Source: Phyllosticta citribraziliensis | Taxonomy: Eukaryota | NCBI RefSeq assembly: GCF_038025025.1 | Contig: NW_027117339.1 | Coordinates: forward strand, 1,364,001 to 1,428,000 | DNA: 64,000 nt | Reading direction: 5' to 3' | In this document: positions 25,777 to 37,279 of the stretch, piece after piece | Position numbering within the stretch: the stretch's first letter is position 1 | Layout: each line of letters opens with the position of its first letter | The notes under the pieces: model-generated | The model's database searches: none | Seen by the model: the letters and a program-made list of their open reading frames with translations, nothing else | Told to the model about the DNA's origin: nothing | Program-made: the position numbers and the translations under genes

Positions 25777-27081
25777 ATGGCGACCGATCTCAGCAAGTGG
25801 GACAGCGACCAGACGCTGTACCTGTTCACGTCCCTGACGGCTGGCTCCTCGCACATTGTCACGGCCACTTCGCGCATGGAAACAATCCTCAAAGCGAATC
25901 GCATTCCCTTCACGTACATCGACACGGCCACAAATGAGGAAGCGAGGAAGCTCTTTCAGCGCAGGGCTGCCGGGAAGAAACTGCCACTGCTTGTGAAGGA
26001 GGGCTATGTTCTGGGTGTAAGTGTTGTAGCGGCGATCAAGTCCTCACCTGACGTCTTGCCGAGCAAATCTCGGGATCCATGAACTGCGGCTTCGGAGCGC
26101 TGCTCCACTCACGTCCACGTCCCATAGCTTATAATTTTAACAGGACATCCTCGAAATTGAAGAGTTGAACGAGTTCGGTGAGCTTCCAGACGTCATTGGC
26201 CCCGCGCCAACGGTAGCTACTTCAATTACTACCGCGCCACAAAACCCCAACTTCAAAGCGCCCTACGGGAGTGCTGCACCACCCAAAGAGGGAGGCTCGT
26301 CTGCTGCCTCGACTACATCTGCGTCAAGGGAGAAGGAGAACGAGCCTTCGCTGTCGGTCGAGGTGCAAGAGGCAATGGCTCGAGCAAGCAGTGAGGTCGC
26401 ATCCATCGCTGCGAGCAAGAAGAGCACTCCCTCTATCAAAGTAGCAGAGACTGAGTGAGTTGCCCGTCGCACTCATTAGTTCGAGGCTTCTGATGTTGGA
26501 ACAGGACGCCAGCGGAAAGGACTAGTACGGACAAGCCTCGCTCCTCCATTGATTCGGCTGCCATCTCAGTCAAGTCGTCCATTGCCCCGATGCCTGACAC
26601 TCCAGCCACCGCGACATCTGGCGATCAACTGGCAGGTCAGCCGGATCACAAAGTCCACCGGGGATCATCCGTTTCTGAGGCTGCGGAGGGCGACATAAAA
26701 AAGGTTGAAGAAGCGACAACGATACCGGAGGGCAAGGAATACCAGCCCCACGACATTCCCACGGAGACACCAAGTGCGGAGCCATCCCTGGCATCTGCGT
26801 CGCGCCCACCAACCATGTATGACGACGAAACCTTGGGCAAGGCCTCTTTCGAGTCTACTGAAGCAGCCATGGCAGACGCCGAGAAGGACTTGCTCAGAGA
26901 GCTCGAGCGAGGAATCACGCACACTTCGATTGAGGACCAACCCAACGCCGAAAGTTCAAAATCGGGAGCCCCCGCGGATGCAAAGGAACCTACAAACACT
27001 ACGACGGCAGAGGAGGAGCCAGAGAAGGGCAAACAGAAAGCGGCGGACAACGGCGCGCAGGATGGTGAGAGCGAGGCTTAA
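25777..27081 (+). CDS. SH3BGR/glutaredoxin-like thioredoxin-fold protein with a long acidic disordered tail
   Basis: LYLFTSLTAGSSHIVTATSRMETILKANRIPF..D.ATNEEARKL..KKLPLLV. Introns ~26017-26143 and ~26455-26505 link ORFs 25777, 26165 and 26590. Confidence 0.82.
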
Positions 27082-29733
27082 TCTTGTTCAGCACATTTGA
27101 CATTCATCCTTTTCTGCATTCTTCGTCATTGATCGCTATATTGCCTGCCAATGGATGAGAGCGGAAAGTTAATACATCGCCATGTGCCACAGCCATAGCC
27201 CCGCAGCAGCAGCAAGAACCGCAAGCGTCAGCCGCGCCAAAGCCAAAACCCAACCAGCCGGTCGCGACGGCGGCGTCGTCATTCCGAGCCTCATTGGCCA
27301 GCCTCTTCACCGCGTGCTTTGCGGGCCGGGCGTCAACGTCTAAAACGACGGCGGCGGCGGACTCGCGGCGGGCAAGCGTCTAAGGGGAGCCTTGCCGTGA
27401 GGTAAGGTTGGCAGCGCAGCGTGGAATGGGCACGAGGACGAAAAGGGGCTCGCTCCACGCGAGCAACTTGTCGCACCTTGCTTGCCTTCCGCACCGCGCT
27501 GTCTCTGCCCCGCGCCCTCGAGCCACGACCAACGACGACGAAACCCCCTTGCCTACGAACCCGACCAATGAGCTGCCCCTGGCTGCGAACCTCGACTCGA
27601 ATACCCCATCCCGAGCGAACCATGAAGCGAACGACCGACCGACGAACGAAACCTCAAAACCTCAAACCACACCAAGCGAGCGAAACTCGTCCTCTTTTCA
27701 GCACTTCAACACCACATCACCAGCCCTATGTTTGACCGCAGATCCCCGCCCACTGCTGCTACCGCCGCCTCCCCCTTCTTCCGCCCCGCCCCCGCCGTCA
27801 CCCGTCAACTGTCGGCGGTCCTTTATGCACAAAGTCAGCGCTGCCCGTCGATTACCGCACCGTCCCCCTGCCGTTACACCAACGACGCTATACAGACGCT
27901 TCGACGTCAAGACAGGGTTCGACGCGCGTTCGAGAGCGCTCTTGGATTTTCCACCTGCCCCCGCCTTTCTGTCGTCAATGTCGAAACGGGTGCACCATTT
28001 CCGGAGCCACATTCGGCAAGTTGTCTCGACTACCCTGCCCGTCTCGCCCCCTTTCCCCCTTTCCCCAAATGCACATACACTGCCCGATACCCCCTGCACA
28101 TGGCCCGAATTTCTTCTCTATCCCCCGGTCGTCAGTCCTCTGACGGCTGTCCGGGTTTCTTCTTCATGTTCACACTGCTGCCACGATCTGCCGAGTCGCC
28201 GACCTTCGACCCAACGGCCGTACTGTGGATATACACAGCCACGCAGAGTCTACACCACAGACGAAGTACATCTCGTCGTCATTGATCTCGACGATGATCG
28301 GATGCAGCAATCGAAGATGGACCTTTTCCAAAGCGTGCGCCGACGGGGCTGCCGGGATGGACGAATGGATGGCTATTCGCTAGCTGACCACCAGTCTCCC
28401 TATCCGGCTTCCGCAAGCGTACGGCAGGTCGCTCGACACCCTTTTCTCCTTCGTAGTATGGATATGTGGAGTGGACAAGATTCTTTCTCCACTTTTTCCC
28501 GCCCTTTTTCTTTTTTAACCTTCTCCTCTAAATCATGTGCCTACTGCCTCTTTTCACCTCATCGCCTGATTTCCTGTCTCCTACTTGTTGCTCACTGCTT
28601 CTTTTCTACATTTGATTCCCCCACCATCGATCTAGCCGGTTGGCGCTCGCCTGCCGCCTCTGGATCTGCAGTTCTGTGTGATTTCCTTTCCCGCGTTGCT
28701 GTCGTCTTTTCTGTCTACATTCCGCTTTGTAATTGTCTCTACGTGCATGTAAATTGGCGGGTTGATGTATAGTCAGTCGTATGTATGTACAAATCAAGGA
28801 GGAGAAAAACAAAGTGTACAAAAGGGATAAGGAAAGGAAGAGCAGAGGTGTACAGCGAATTACTCTTGCTATGAATGGAGCGACGGGGGTAATGTATAGC
28901 GGAGAGTGATTGCTTGATCACCCGGGAGATGCAGGCTGAGAGGAGCTCTGTATGTTTTTGTTTCTTCTGCCTCTCCTGTACATTTATTACCTGTCGGTGT
29001 TACATTCTCACATACTTCGTGGAGTGTATGTTGCATTCTATTCTTCGTTTGACCAAATTCTTGCAACCTTTAAGTCTAGGTAGCACTTGCTTCGTCTTCT
29101 TTTAGTGCTGTCGTGTCTGTCCATGTCTGTGGGCAGGGTGAACCGTGACGCGGAGTTTGAAACGCATCCATGAATGTGGCACTGAGACACGCCAGAAGCA
29201 GAGGCAGAAGCAGAAGCAAGATGAATTCATAAGAAAGGTCGATTCAATTTGGATTCGATGGTACATGGCCGTCAATCTCAGTGCTTTGAGAAATATTCCT
29301 CATTTCTTTCCGTCTTGCCCTTGCGGGCTGGGCTGACTGCAACACGAAGCATGCCGCTCGTTGATCTTCTCAAACCCCGGTAATGAATATATGTAGGTGA
29401 GAATGGGAGAAAGGAAATGTTCAAAGAAACCGCCAATCCGCCGGCCATGACATCGCAGCTGCTTGCGCTCGCGCGCACATGATTTATGTTTTCGCCACAC
29501 GAGAAAAGGGTTAAAGGAAGGGCAAGGTATAGTTGCCGTGAAGAAGGAGAGTCGGGATCCAGCGCCGTAACCCACCCACCCCTTCCCATGAGTGGTAAAT
29601 GAGCCCAATTTCAAAAAAAGAAAGGAGATAGCTTACGCAACACCATCGCCGTGGGCATGTACACCGTTCTACGCCTAACCCGTCAAAGCCACAAGACCTT
29701 GAACATGAAAAGTCGAAGTCGGCACCTTAGCAC

Positions 29734-31590
29734 TCAGACAGACGAGGCAGAAGAGTACGAGACGGGTTGCTGACCCTTTGAGGCCAGGACGCTGCTAAGA
29801 GCGTCGCGGACCTCGAACTCCTCGATGACGGCGCCGAAGCTGTATGCGGAGAAGAAATGGCAAGTCAGTCTTTTGGAGTCCTTGTGGGATGCTGCCGTTG
29901 AAAGTTGCGCGTTTTTGGGTCGGTTGGTGTTTGTTGGAGAGGGGATAAGAAAAACGGTAATACAGCAATCGTCGTAGAAAGCAAGGAGACAAAGACAGAG
30001 ACCGAGGGAAACAGAGAAAGGGGATGATGAATGGAGGCTACAGAGGCTATCAAGGTTCTCGTGCCAGATATCATGAAAAGATAATAATCAACCCCGGGGA
30101 AAGTGCTCTTGTGTTGATATGGTAATATGCGTGTGCTGAAAAAGTCGTCGAAGAAATCGCAGGTCAAACATACCCATAACACCGCACCTTGGCCAACAGG
30201 TCCTCCTTCATAATGGCCATGTCATCCGTGGTGAGCTCGGCCAGGCGAGGGTGACCCAAGATCATGGCCCATGCCATGACGGGCGTCATCTCGCCCTCCA
30301 TGACTGGCAGCCTGTTGCTCAAATCGAGCAGTTTCATGAGGTCACCTGTGCCGACGTCGGGCATCTTGTGGGGATATTGCTCCTTGGGAGCGTTCGCAAT
30401 GTGCGAGTGCGGCGGGCACGTCGTCATCAGGGCGTGGCCCGATACTTCGGCCTCGCTGTCCTGGCTGCGTACCAGTAAGAATTGCATGTGGTCCATGCAT
30501 GGCTTCTCGAGACTGCAATGCCGGTGCGCAACGAGACGTCAGATTAGTGATTTCCAGAGACGTGGTGGGCTTGAGTTTGCTTCAGAGAACCGCCTTTGGG
30601 TGATGGATAGAGGGCCCGGAAAGCACAAGAGGGGTCCGTTACCTACCTGCCAGAGGTAGGTGGGCGGGCTCATTTGCTGACCGTGCTACTGAGGTGGTGG
30701 AGAGAGATAGGGTGTGCGGTCGTACGTTAAAACAAAATCAATGCCAATTTGGTCATAGTTCATCCCGTTGTTTTGCGGGAGGACTCCTGGATGGGCGGGA
30801 GCCATGCCCGCCATGGACATATTTGCAGCGCCGCGCTGAGGTATCGAGGGCGGCGGAGATGTGTAACCGGTTGAGGCGGAGCCAGTGTTGTAGCTTCCCG
30901 AAACGCTTCCCCTCGAGCTTCCGTCGTAGCTTGATGTTCCAGCCATTCGAAACCCGCCGCTCGGACTGTTGGTGTCGTAGCTTATGCCATGGGCGGCCAA
31001 GAGTTCCTTGAGCCTCCTGTTTTCTTCGGCAATGGCATCGCGCTCCTGCGCCGTGACGGCAAAGAGGTCCTTTAGGCGCAAGACTTCCTGCTCCAAGGCT
31101 TTGATGTACATTTCCTTGCGCTCTCGGTGGGTCCTGGGCGGACGTGAGACCAAGTTGGGACGGCCGGGATCAGGCTACGTACCGCTGTGCTTGGCGATTG
31201 AGCTCTTGCCTGCGCGTCAAGGCAGGCTTGCTGTCAGGCTTGGGGCCGCGCCTCTTTGGCGGCTGACCATCTGCGGAGTTCAGCCAACCAATCACTCGAC
31301 TTGTTGGGGAGCAAACCTCTTGTCATTTTCTTGTCTCCAAACTTTCCGAAAAAAGGGAAACTTGAAAGAGGGTGTTTGGGGCTGGTTTCGGTTTCTGATA
31401 CGGCATACGGCGGTTGGCACTCCACCGTCTGCACGAGGCTCGTCGACGCGGTCGTCTTGCTCGAAATATGCTCCACGGATGGAGCAGAGGAACGGGCAGG
31501 ATCGAAGCGGTCGACGGCCTCGAGGGGTGGAGAGCCATGGCCGCAAGGCATTAGCGACGTGTCCCAAGTAGTGGCGGTTGCTTGAATCAT
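29734..31590 (-). CDS. flbB: bZIP transcription factor, FlbB orthologue (asexual development regulator); start codon uncertain
   Basis: Spliced translation: ..KKMTR|DGQPPKRRGPKPDSKPALTRRQELNRQAQR|THRERKEMYIKALEQEVLRL..IGIDFVLT|LEKPCMDHMQ..SGHALM..TPVMAW..KVRCYG|FGAVIEEFEVRDAL..*. These motifs match Aspergillus FlbB as I recall it. Confidence 0.85.
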
Positions 31591-32602
31591 TTTGCAACGC
31601 TACGGCGGGGGTCGAAGGAGGATGGAAGACCAGAGGGGAAGGAGAGGTAGGTAGGTGGGTACAAAAGAGCAAACGAATCCTTTGGGCATTGAAGAAAATG
31701 GCATGAAGACAAGAGGCTAGATTCAAACAGAAAGAGGAGCCGGTCAGACTAAGGCTCCCAGACGTGCGGTGCCAGACAATGCCGCAGGGCAGGTCATATG
31801 GCAAGGTAGCCTGTCAGAGACTAGTGTTGATGGCGGCAAAGTTGGGACGCTAAGCAATTGACAGGGCCATGACCCAAAAGGAGAGGGACAAACGGACGAA
31901 AGAAAGGTCGACTTACCGAAAGCGTTGGACTGCTGGTGGAAGTGTTGGTCCATGTTGTCTGGCGAGAGGGCGGCCATGGTGGGTCAATGGGCGCATGGAC
32001 TGGGGCAGGAACAAGATTGCGGGAAGGATGGGGTTGATGGTGTGGAGAAGATGGAAGGATTCTGGAAGAGCCGGGGCGGTGTTTAATAGTTAGGTGGACT
32101 GGCGGTGATGTCGCATGAAGCTCTGATCACAGGGTGCGACGGGAGTGGTTGAGCAGAGATGCGGATACTGACGTCTGACAGATGAGGCGCAGAGCAGAGC
32201 GAGATGTCTGGCAGTCTGTCTGTTCTGGCGGATGACAAAAAGGGCGTCACGTCGAGAGGTTCCAGCGTTTCGACGCTTGGACGCAAAGAGACGGCGCGGT
32301 GGATTTGGAATGGGCGGGGCGGGCGTGGAAGACGAGGCTGCGGGCATGGGTCTGGAGCGGGCCGCGTCCAGGCGGGAGGGGAGGATGCTTCCTTGGAGCT
32401 TGGAGCTTGGAGCTTGTTGCTTGGAGCTTGGTAGTCGATGCTTGAAGGATGGCGAGGGAGAGATGATGTCGAGCGTTTGGAGGGAGGTTAGTCAGGCAGG
32501 GCAGGCAGGGCTACCTGTACATCCAAGTCAGGAGCAGGAGCAGGAGCAGGACGGGCCGGCGACGCTCCCTCCCGGGCCCCCCTCCGCTCCCTCAGCTGAT
32601 GG

Positions 32603-32637
32603 CCGACCGACCGACCGACCCGACCGACCCGACCCGA

Positions 32638-32685
<48 letters not shown>
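32603..32685 (+). repeat. Degenerate microsatellite (CCGA)n/(CCCGA)n/(CCCCGA)n in the divergent flbB-acyltransferase intergenic region
   Basis: Visible directly; the minus strand reads (GGGGTC)n. Confidence 0.9.
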
Positions 32686-32764
32686 ACTCCCTCTCTTCTC
32701 TCCCTCCCACGTCTCCCCTCCCCCAGACTTCTCTCACACCTCACATACCGTACCGTAGTCATCC

Positions 32765-33951
32765 ATGGCCGCCCTGTATCCCCTCCACCTCCACCTCGTC
32801 TCCACACCGCTCCGCCTCGTGCGCGCCGTAGTCCTCGTGCTCCCCTGGCTGGCCTACCTGCTGCTCGTCGACGCCGTGCTGTCTCTCTTGTTGCCCTTCA
32901 AGCTCTTCGCCCCCACGGCCGTCTACAACGCCTCGTCTGTGCTCGCCGAATCTGTCTGGGCTTGGATCCAGGCCGTCTTCACCCGCTGCAATCGCGCCCG
33001 CATCGTCGTCTCCACAAGCTGCCCGCTGCCCCGTGCTGAGTCCGCCATCGTCGTTTCCAACCATGTTGCCTGGAGCGACTTTTACATGATCCAGCAGCTT
33101 GCCCTGCACCAGGGAATGCTTGGCCGCTGCCGCTGGTTCGCCAAGAAGTCGTTGCGTTGGGTGCCCTTTCTCGGCTGGGGCCTCTGGGCCATGGGCATGC
33201 CCCTCGTGAGCAGACGCTGGACCACCGACCGCCTCGAGTTGGACAGAGTCTTCCGAGGCATCATCCATAGACAATGGCCCGTCTGTACGTATCCTGCCTA
33301 CCTGCCTGCCTGCCTGTCCTTTCCTCGCCTCCCGCGCCATTTTCGCCGGAACCCGTCCGGTTGGCTGCAGTTCCCATGCTCGTGTGCCCTCATGAAAATG
33401 TCCCTGTCCGTTTTTGGACCCCTGTGCACTACCACACCATCTGCCATGTCTGTCTGCTGCTAACTCATCTTCCAGGGCTCGTCTCCTATAGTGAAGGCAC
33501 ACGCTTCACCTCGGCAGCCCACACTGCTGCTGTTGCCTACTCCAAGTCCCATTTGCGGCCCGCCCCGATCCACACCTTGCTCCCGCGGCCCAAGGGCTTC
33601 GTTGCCGCCGTTACGGCCCTACGAGCTGCGCCTCAAGTCCGCGCCGTTTACGACGTTACGATAGCCTATTCAAAGGCTGGCTCTCCTCTTCGCTTCCAGG
33701 CTGCCGGCGCCCCATCTTTCTGGCAAACCCTCGTGACTCCCAACTTTTACGAGGCCGGATGGCGCACCTTTGTCCATGTCGACCGTTTTGAGCTTAGCCA
33801 GTTGCCAGAAGATGACGATGGTCTGGCGGCATGGTTAGACGGGAGATGGGTCGCCAAGGGGCAGAGGCTCGAGGGTCTGCGGGAAGCGCTGGCCAAAGGC
33901 GAGTCCTGGGTCGACGATCAAGGCCTGGGAGGCGTCGTGTTAGAGAAGTGA
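32765..33951 (+). CDS. Phospholipid/glycerol acyltransferase (PlsC domain, Cst26/LCLAT1-like)
   Basis: Motif I NHVAWSDF, FAKKSLRWVPFLGWG, motif III SYSEGTRF, TLLPRPKGF and VYDVTIAY. Intron ~33286-33475. Confidence 0.9.
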
Positions 33952-35754
33952 TCTTTTGCATACATCTTCTGAGCCTGTTAATTTCCACTGCATTAATTCC
34001 TGCTTTGCACATCTTGCTCATCCTTGTTGCAGCATAGCATAACATGTAAATCGGCCACAGCAGTCAAGCATATGGCGGCATCGAACCACGGGTATTCTCG
34101 ACTTGTTTGCTTTTCAATCTTTTTTATTTCCTCCCTTTGTCTTTTTCTATTTCTGGCCAGTTCGCCCATATCGGCGCTTAGCCCCGCAGTCATCTTGTCC
34201 AATATACACAATCACGAGGCTTGGCCAGCACATCAAACAGACAAAACTTCCACCCGCCTCAGAGGGGTACACCAAGCGCTGCTATCCGCCGTCCAAAGGT
34301 TACAGGGCGGGTAACCACCTGAGGTTTGATCGAGGTCGATCCCTCGACAACAAACGGTCAAGTCACGACATGCTCATCTCAGCCCTCTCTCCTGACCCGC
34401 AGCGCAGCCAGCCCAGTGACTGGTCTCTTCAGCCCTACCCAGTCTCCCGCCGTTCCCACCGTCCGTAATACGGGTGTCCTGAACGTGGTTGAAATGCTCA
34501 GCCTTCCATAATTCCGCCCAGGAGTACTCGTCTAAGCCTGCCGTGCTGCCTTTTTGGCTCCTGCCGACCCAGCCCACGCTTCCCCACACTTATACTCCCA
34601 AATATAGCTCTCCATGGCCGAGTATGACGATAGCCATGGCCATGAAAGACCTGCTACCCTGTGTATCAGCGAAACTAGGGTCCTGTTCGCGTCCACGACG
34701 TAGCCTGACGGAGACGAAGACGACATTGTCCGTCTCTTGGAGGCGCGCGGTACAAGATCAGGGCTGGCGGATTGTCCATTTCCGGCCAACTCGGTCTGCA
34801 AGCTAGCACAAATGTCGCCATCTCTGACACGGAGGCGGGATGATCTCAACTGCCGATGACTTGGTCGTTCTCCTGGTATCTCGTGCCTGCACCCCTTTAC
34901 CAAAACGAACAAGCTAACTGAGAGCACCAGCCGTCAACCAACATTGCTCTCCTCTATCCAACGTGCCTTTTGAGCAATTGAGGCAGCAGCAGCATCATCA
35001 TGCCCCGTAAACACATGAAAACGGCAACGCAAGCGCATCATGAAACCGTACGCACGCACACACGCCCCTGCCTTTCTTGCACATCTCGTTGCACACCACC
35101 AGCAAGCTCAAACACCCACCCACTTAGTGCCCTGTCATTATTCCCACCGATCTATTAATCTTATTGCCGAGATGGATGCTCCAGTACGTGGTCGATGGCC
35201 GAAGCCGACCTGTCAAACACCACAGCCACACGCGTCCCTCCGTGGCCTGCGTGGCATGCAAACACATCCACCACTCCTTCTACAGCCACTTGCTGTTGCA
35301 TGCCTTCCCCTTTCTGCCTTGTCTCTCTTCCCCTCCCGGCTGTATACGGTCAAGATAACCCCGACGCCTGGCCTTCCGTCGTCTTTCCCTTCCCCTCTTC
35401 CTTCCTACCCGTCCATCCGCGTCAACCAACGGGGCCGAGATGTGCACAACTTGTGATCTCCAGGCACGCACGCACTGCAAGCCGACCACCACACACCTAC
35501 ATGTACCTTGCCCATCAACGGCTCATACCACGCGTCACTCCCGTCCGTCCGTCCGTCTGCCGGCTGCTCACTTCCCTTCCATTTCTGCCCACCCGTCCGG
35601 CCACCCGGCTGTTCGCCCATCCGTCTTCCGTCGGCAACGTGCTCTTTCCATCCTCCTGTCGACGCCCTCACTGCAAGGTAAGGCTCGTCTCCCGCACACA
35701 TACCTACCTACCTACCTAGGTACGGTACGTGCTGCCGACCCAGTCACGCTCTTC

Positions 35755-36110
35755 CCTGCCCTGCCTCGCCCTGCCTCGCCCTGCCTCGCCCTGCCCACCC
35801 GCAACAGTTCCCACATCCACCCGCCGTCGCCTGCAGCACCCGTCTTGCACGAGCACGCGAACGAGCGGACGGATAGACGGATGAGTTTCCCGGGTCACGG
35901 GGAAGGGAGGAATGGAGGGAGAACAGGCGAGAAAGAGAAAGAGAGCGAGAGGCACGAAATGGAGAGTCTTCAATACAAGCAAGTCCTATTTCTGCTACCA
36001 TCACCGCCGCTGCTGCGACTGCGACTGCGACTGCGAACTGCGACTTTGACAATGCTACTGCAGCTGCGAACTGCGACTGCGAATTGCGACTTTGACAATG
36101 CTACTGCACC
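35755..36110 (+). repeat. Low-complexity tandem repeats: (CCCTGCCTCG)x3-4, (CTGCGA)n and a duplicated ~32-nt unit CTGCGAA(C/T)TGCGACTTTGACAATGCTACTGCA
   Basis: Visible directly at 35755-35795 and 36013-36108. Confidence 0.8.
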
Positions 36111-37279
36111 TGCTTTGCGATGCTACTCAAACTTGGGACGCGGTTTGCTGGTGTGCTGAGCGCGTCTGGGTTCATGTGAGGTGAGACGAGATGGAGTGAT
36201 CGAGAGTGGTGTGTGGGGAGCGAGCGGATGGATGATGCATGCAGAAATAGAAAGGAAAGACCAGAAAGGGGGTGAAAGAGGCGACGAGGGATGACGGAAG
36301 GACGGCAGGCATTGCGAAGAGATGAAGAGATGAGGCAGAAGCTTTCTCTTCATCTGACACTAGATGCAAGTTCTTGCTGTAAGATAGTGCTGTAGTGATT
36401 CAACTCGACGTTGTGCCCTGCTCCTCTCGTTCGTATCCATAATCTGCGCTCACTTTTGCCACCGTATCCCTCTCCAGCTCTACCTTACCATCAGACGCGT
36501 TGTTCCTCAACTAATGCTCCTGCCCGCCACCAACCTACTCTCTACCGTCTTCCATCGTCCTCAGCTACTTGCTGTGCATGAGGCGACCAAGTGCCAGCAG
36601 CCAAACGGTCCGGCGATGACGACGATTCTGCCGCCTCAATCGCATCTGCAGACCAGGATCTGGATTACTAGTACCTAGGTGAGTCCTAGAGAGCATGACG
36701 CGCATACAGTGTACGAAGGATCGTGCAAGAGGGCCTCTGGGTACTATCGGCACAGGATGCCTGGCCGGTTGGCCGAGCACAAAGACACGAGGGCATCGCA
36801 TGTACGTTGCGGTCCAGTCGCACAGCTCGGCTACCTGTCTGGGGGAACCAAAGGGAGAACGAGGGAGAAAGCGACGTCGTCGTCATGATGGCCACCACTG
36901 CTACCACAATCATTCGCAACGGCCAAAATTCCCGGTTTAGAGCTCGCCTGCGTCGCTGGCAAGCAAGCCAGGTGGCTGAGCAGACCTAGCGGTGCGGTGC
37001 GGCGCGGTGCGGTCCGGGTCTTTGTTGGAGGCACGAGGCACACAAAGGACAGACGACAGAAACGGGGCCGCGGCAAGCCTTGCCACTTTCTTCTTTCCCC
37101 TTTTTGGATCTGCGCACGATGACCTGTAGCATTTGCAACGTCTTGCAGACCAAGAGAGGCGGCAGCACAAAACACACACACCAAATACAAGAAGGAATAA
37201 GCCGTGATTCTAAAAGTAGATATCAAGCCTACCTAGGCACGCACCGATCTACGGTAGGTGGCAGCACGCCTCGGTCTTC

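Noticed and set aside
36013..36108. Repeated ~32-nt unit that could suggest a CRISPR-like array
   Set aside because: Only two copies within a CTGCGA microsatellite, with no unique spacers, in a eukaryotic context.
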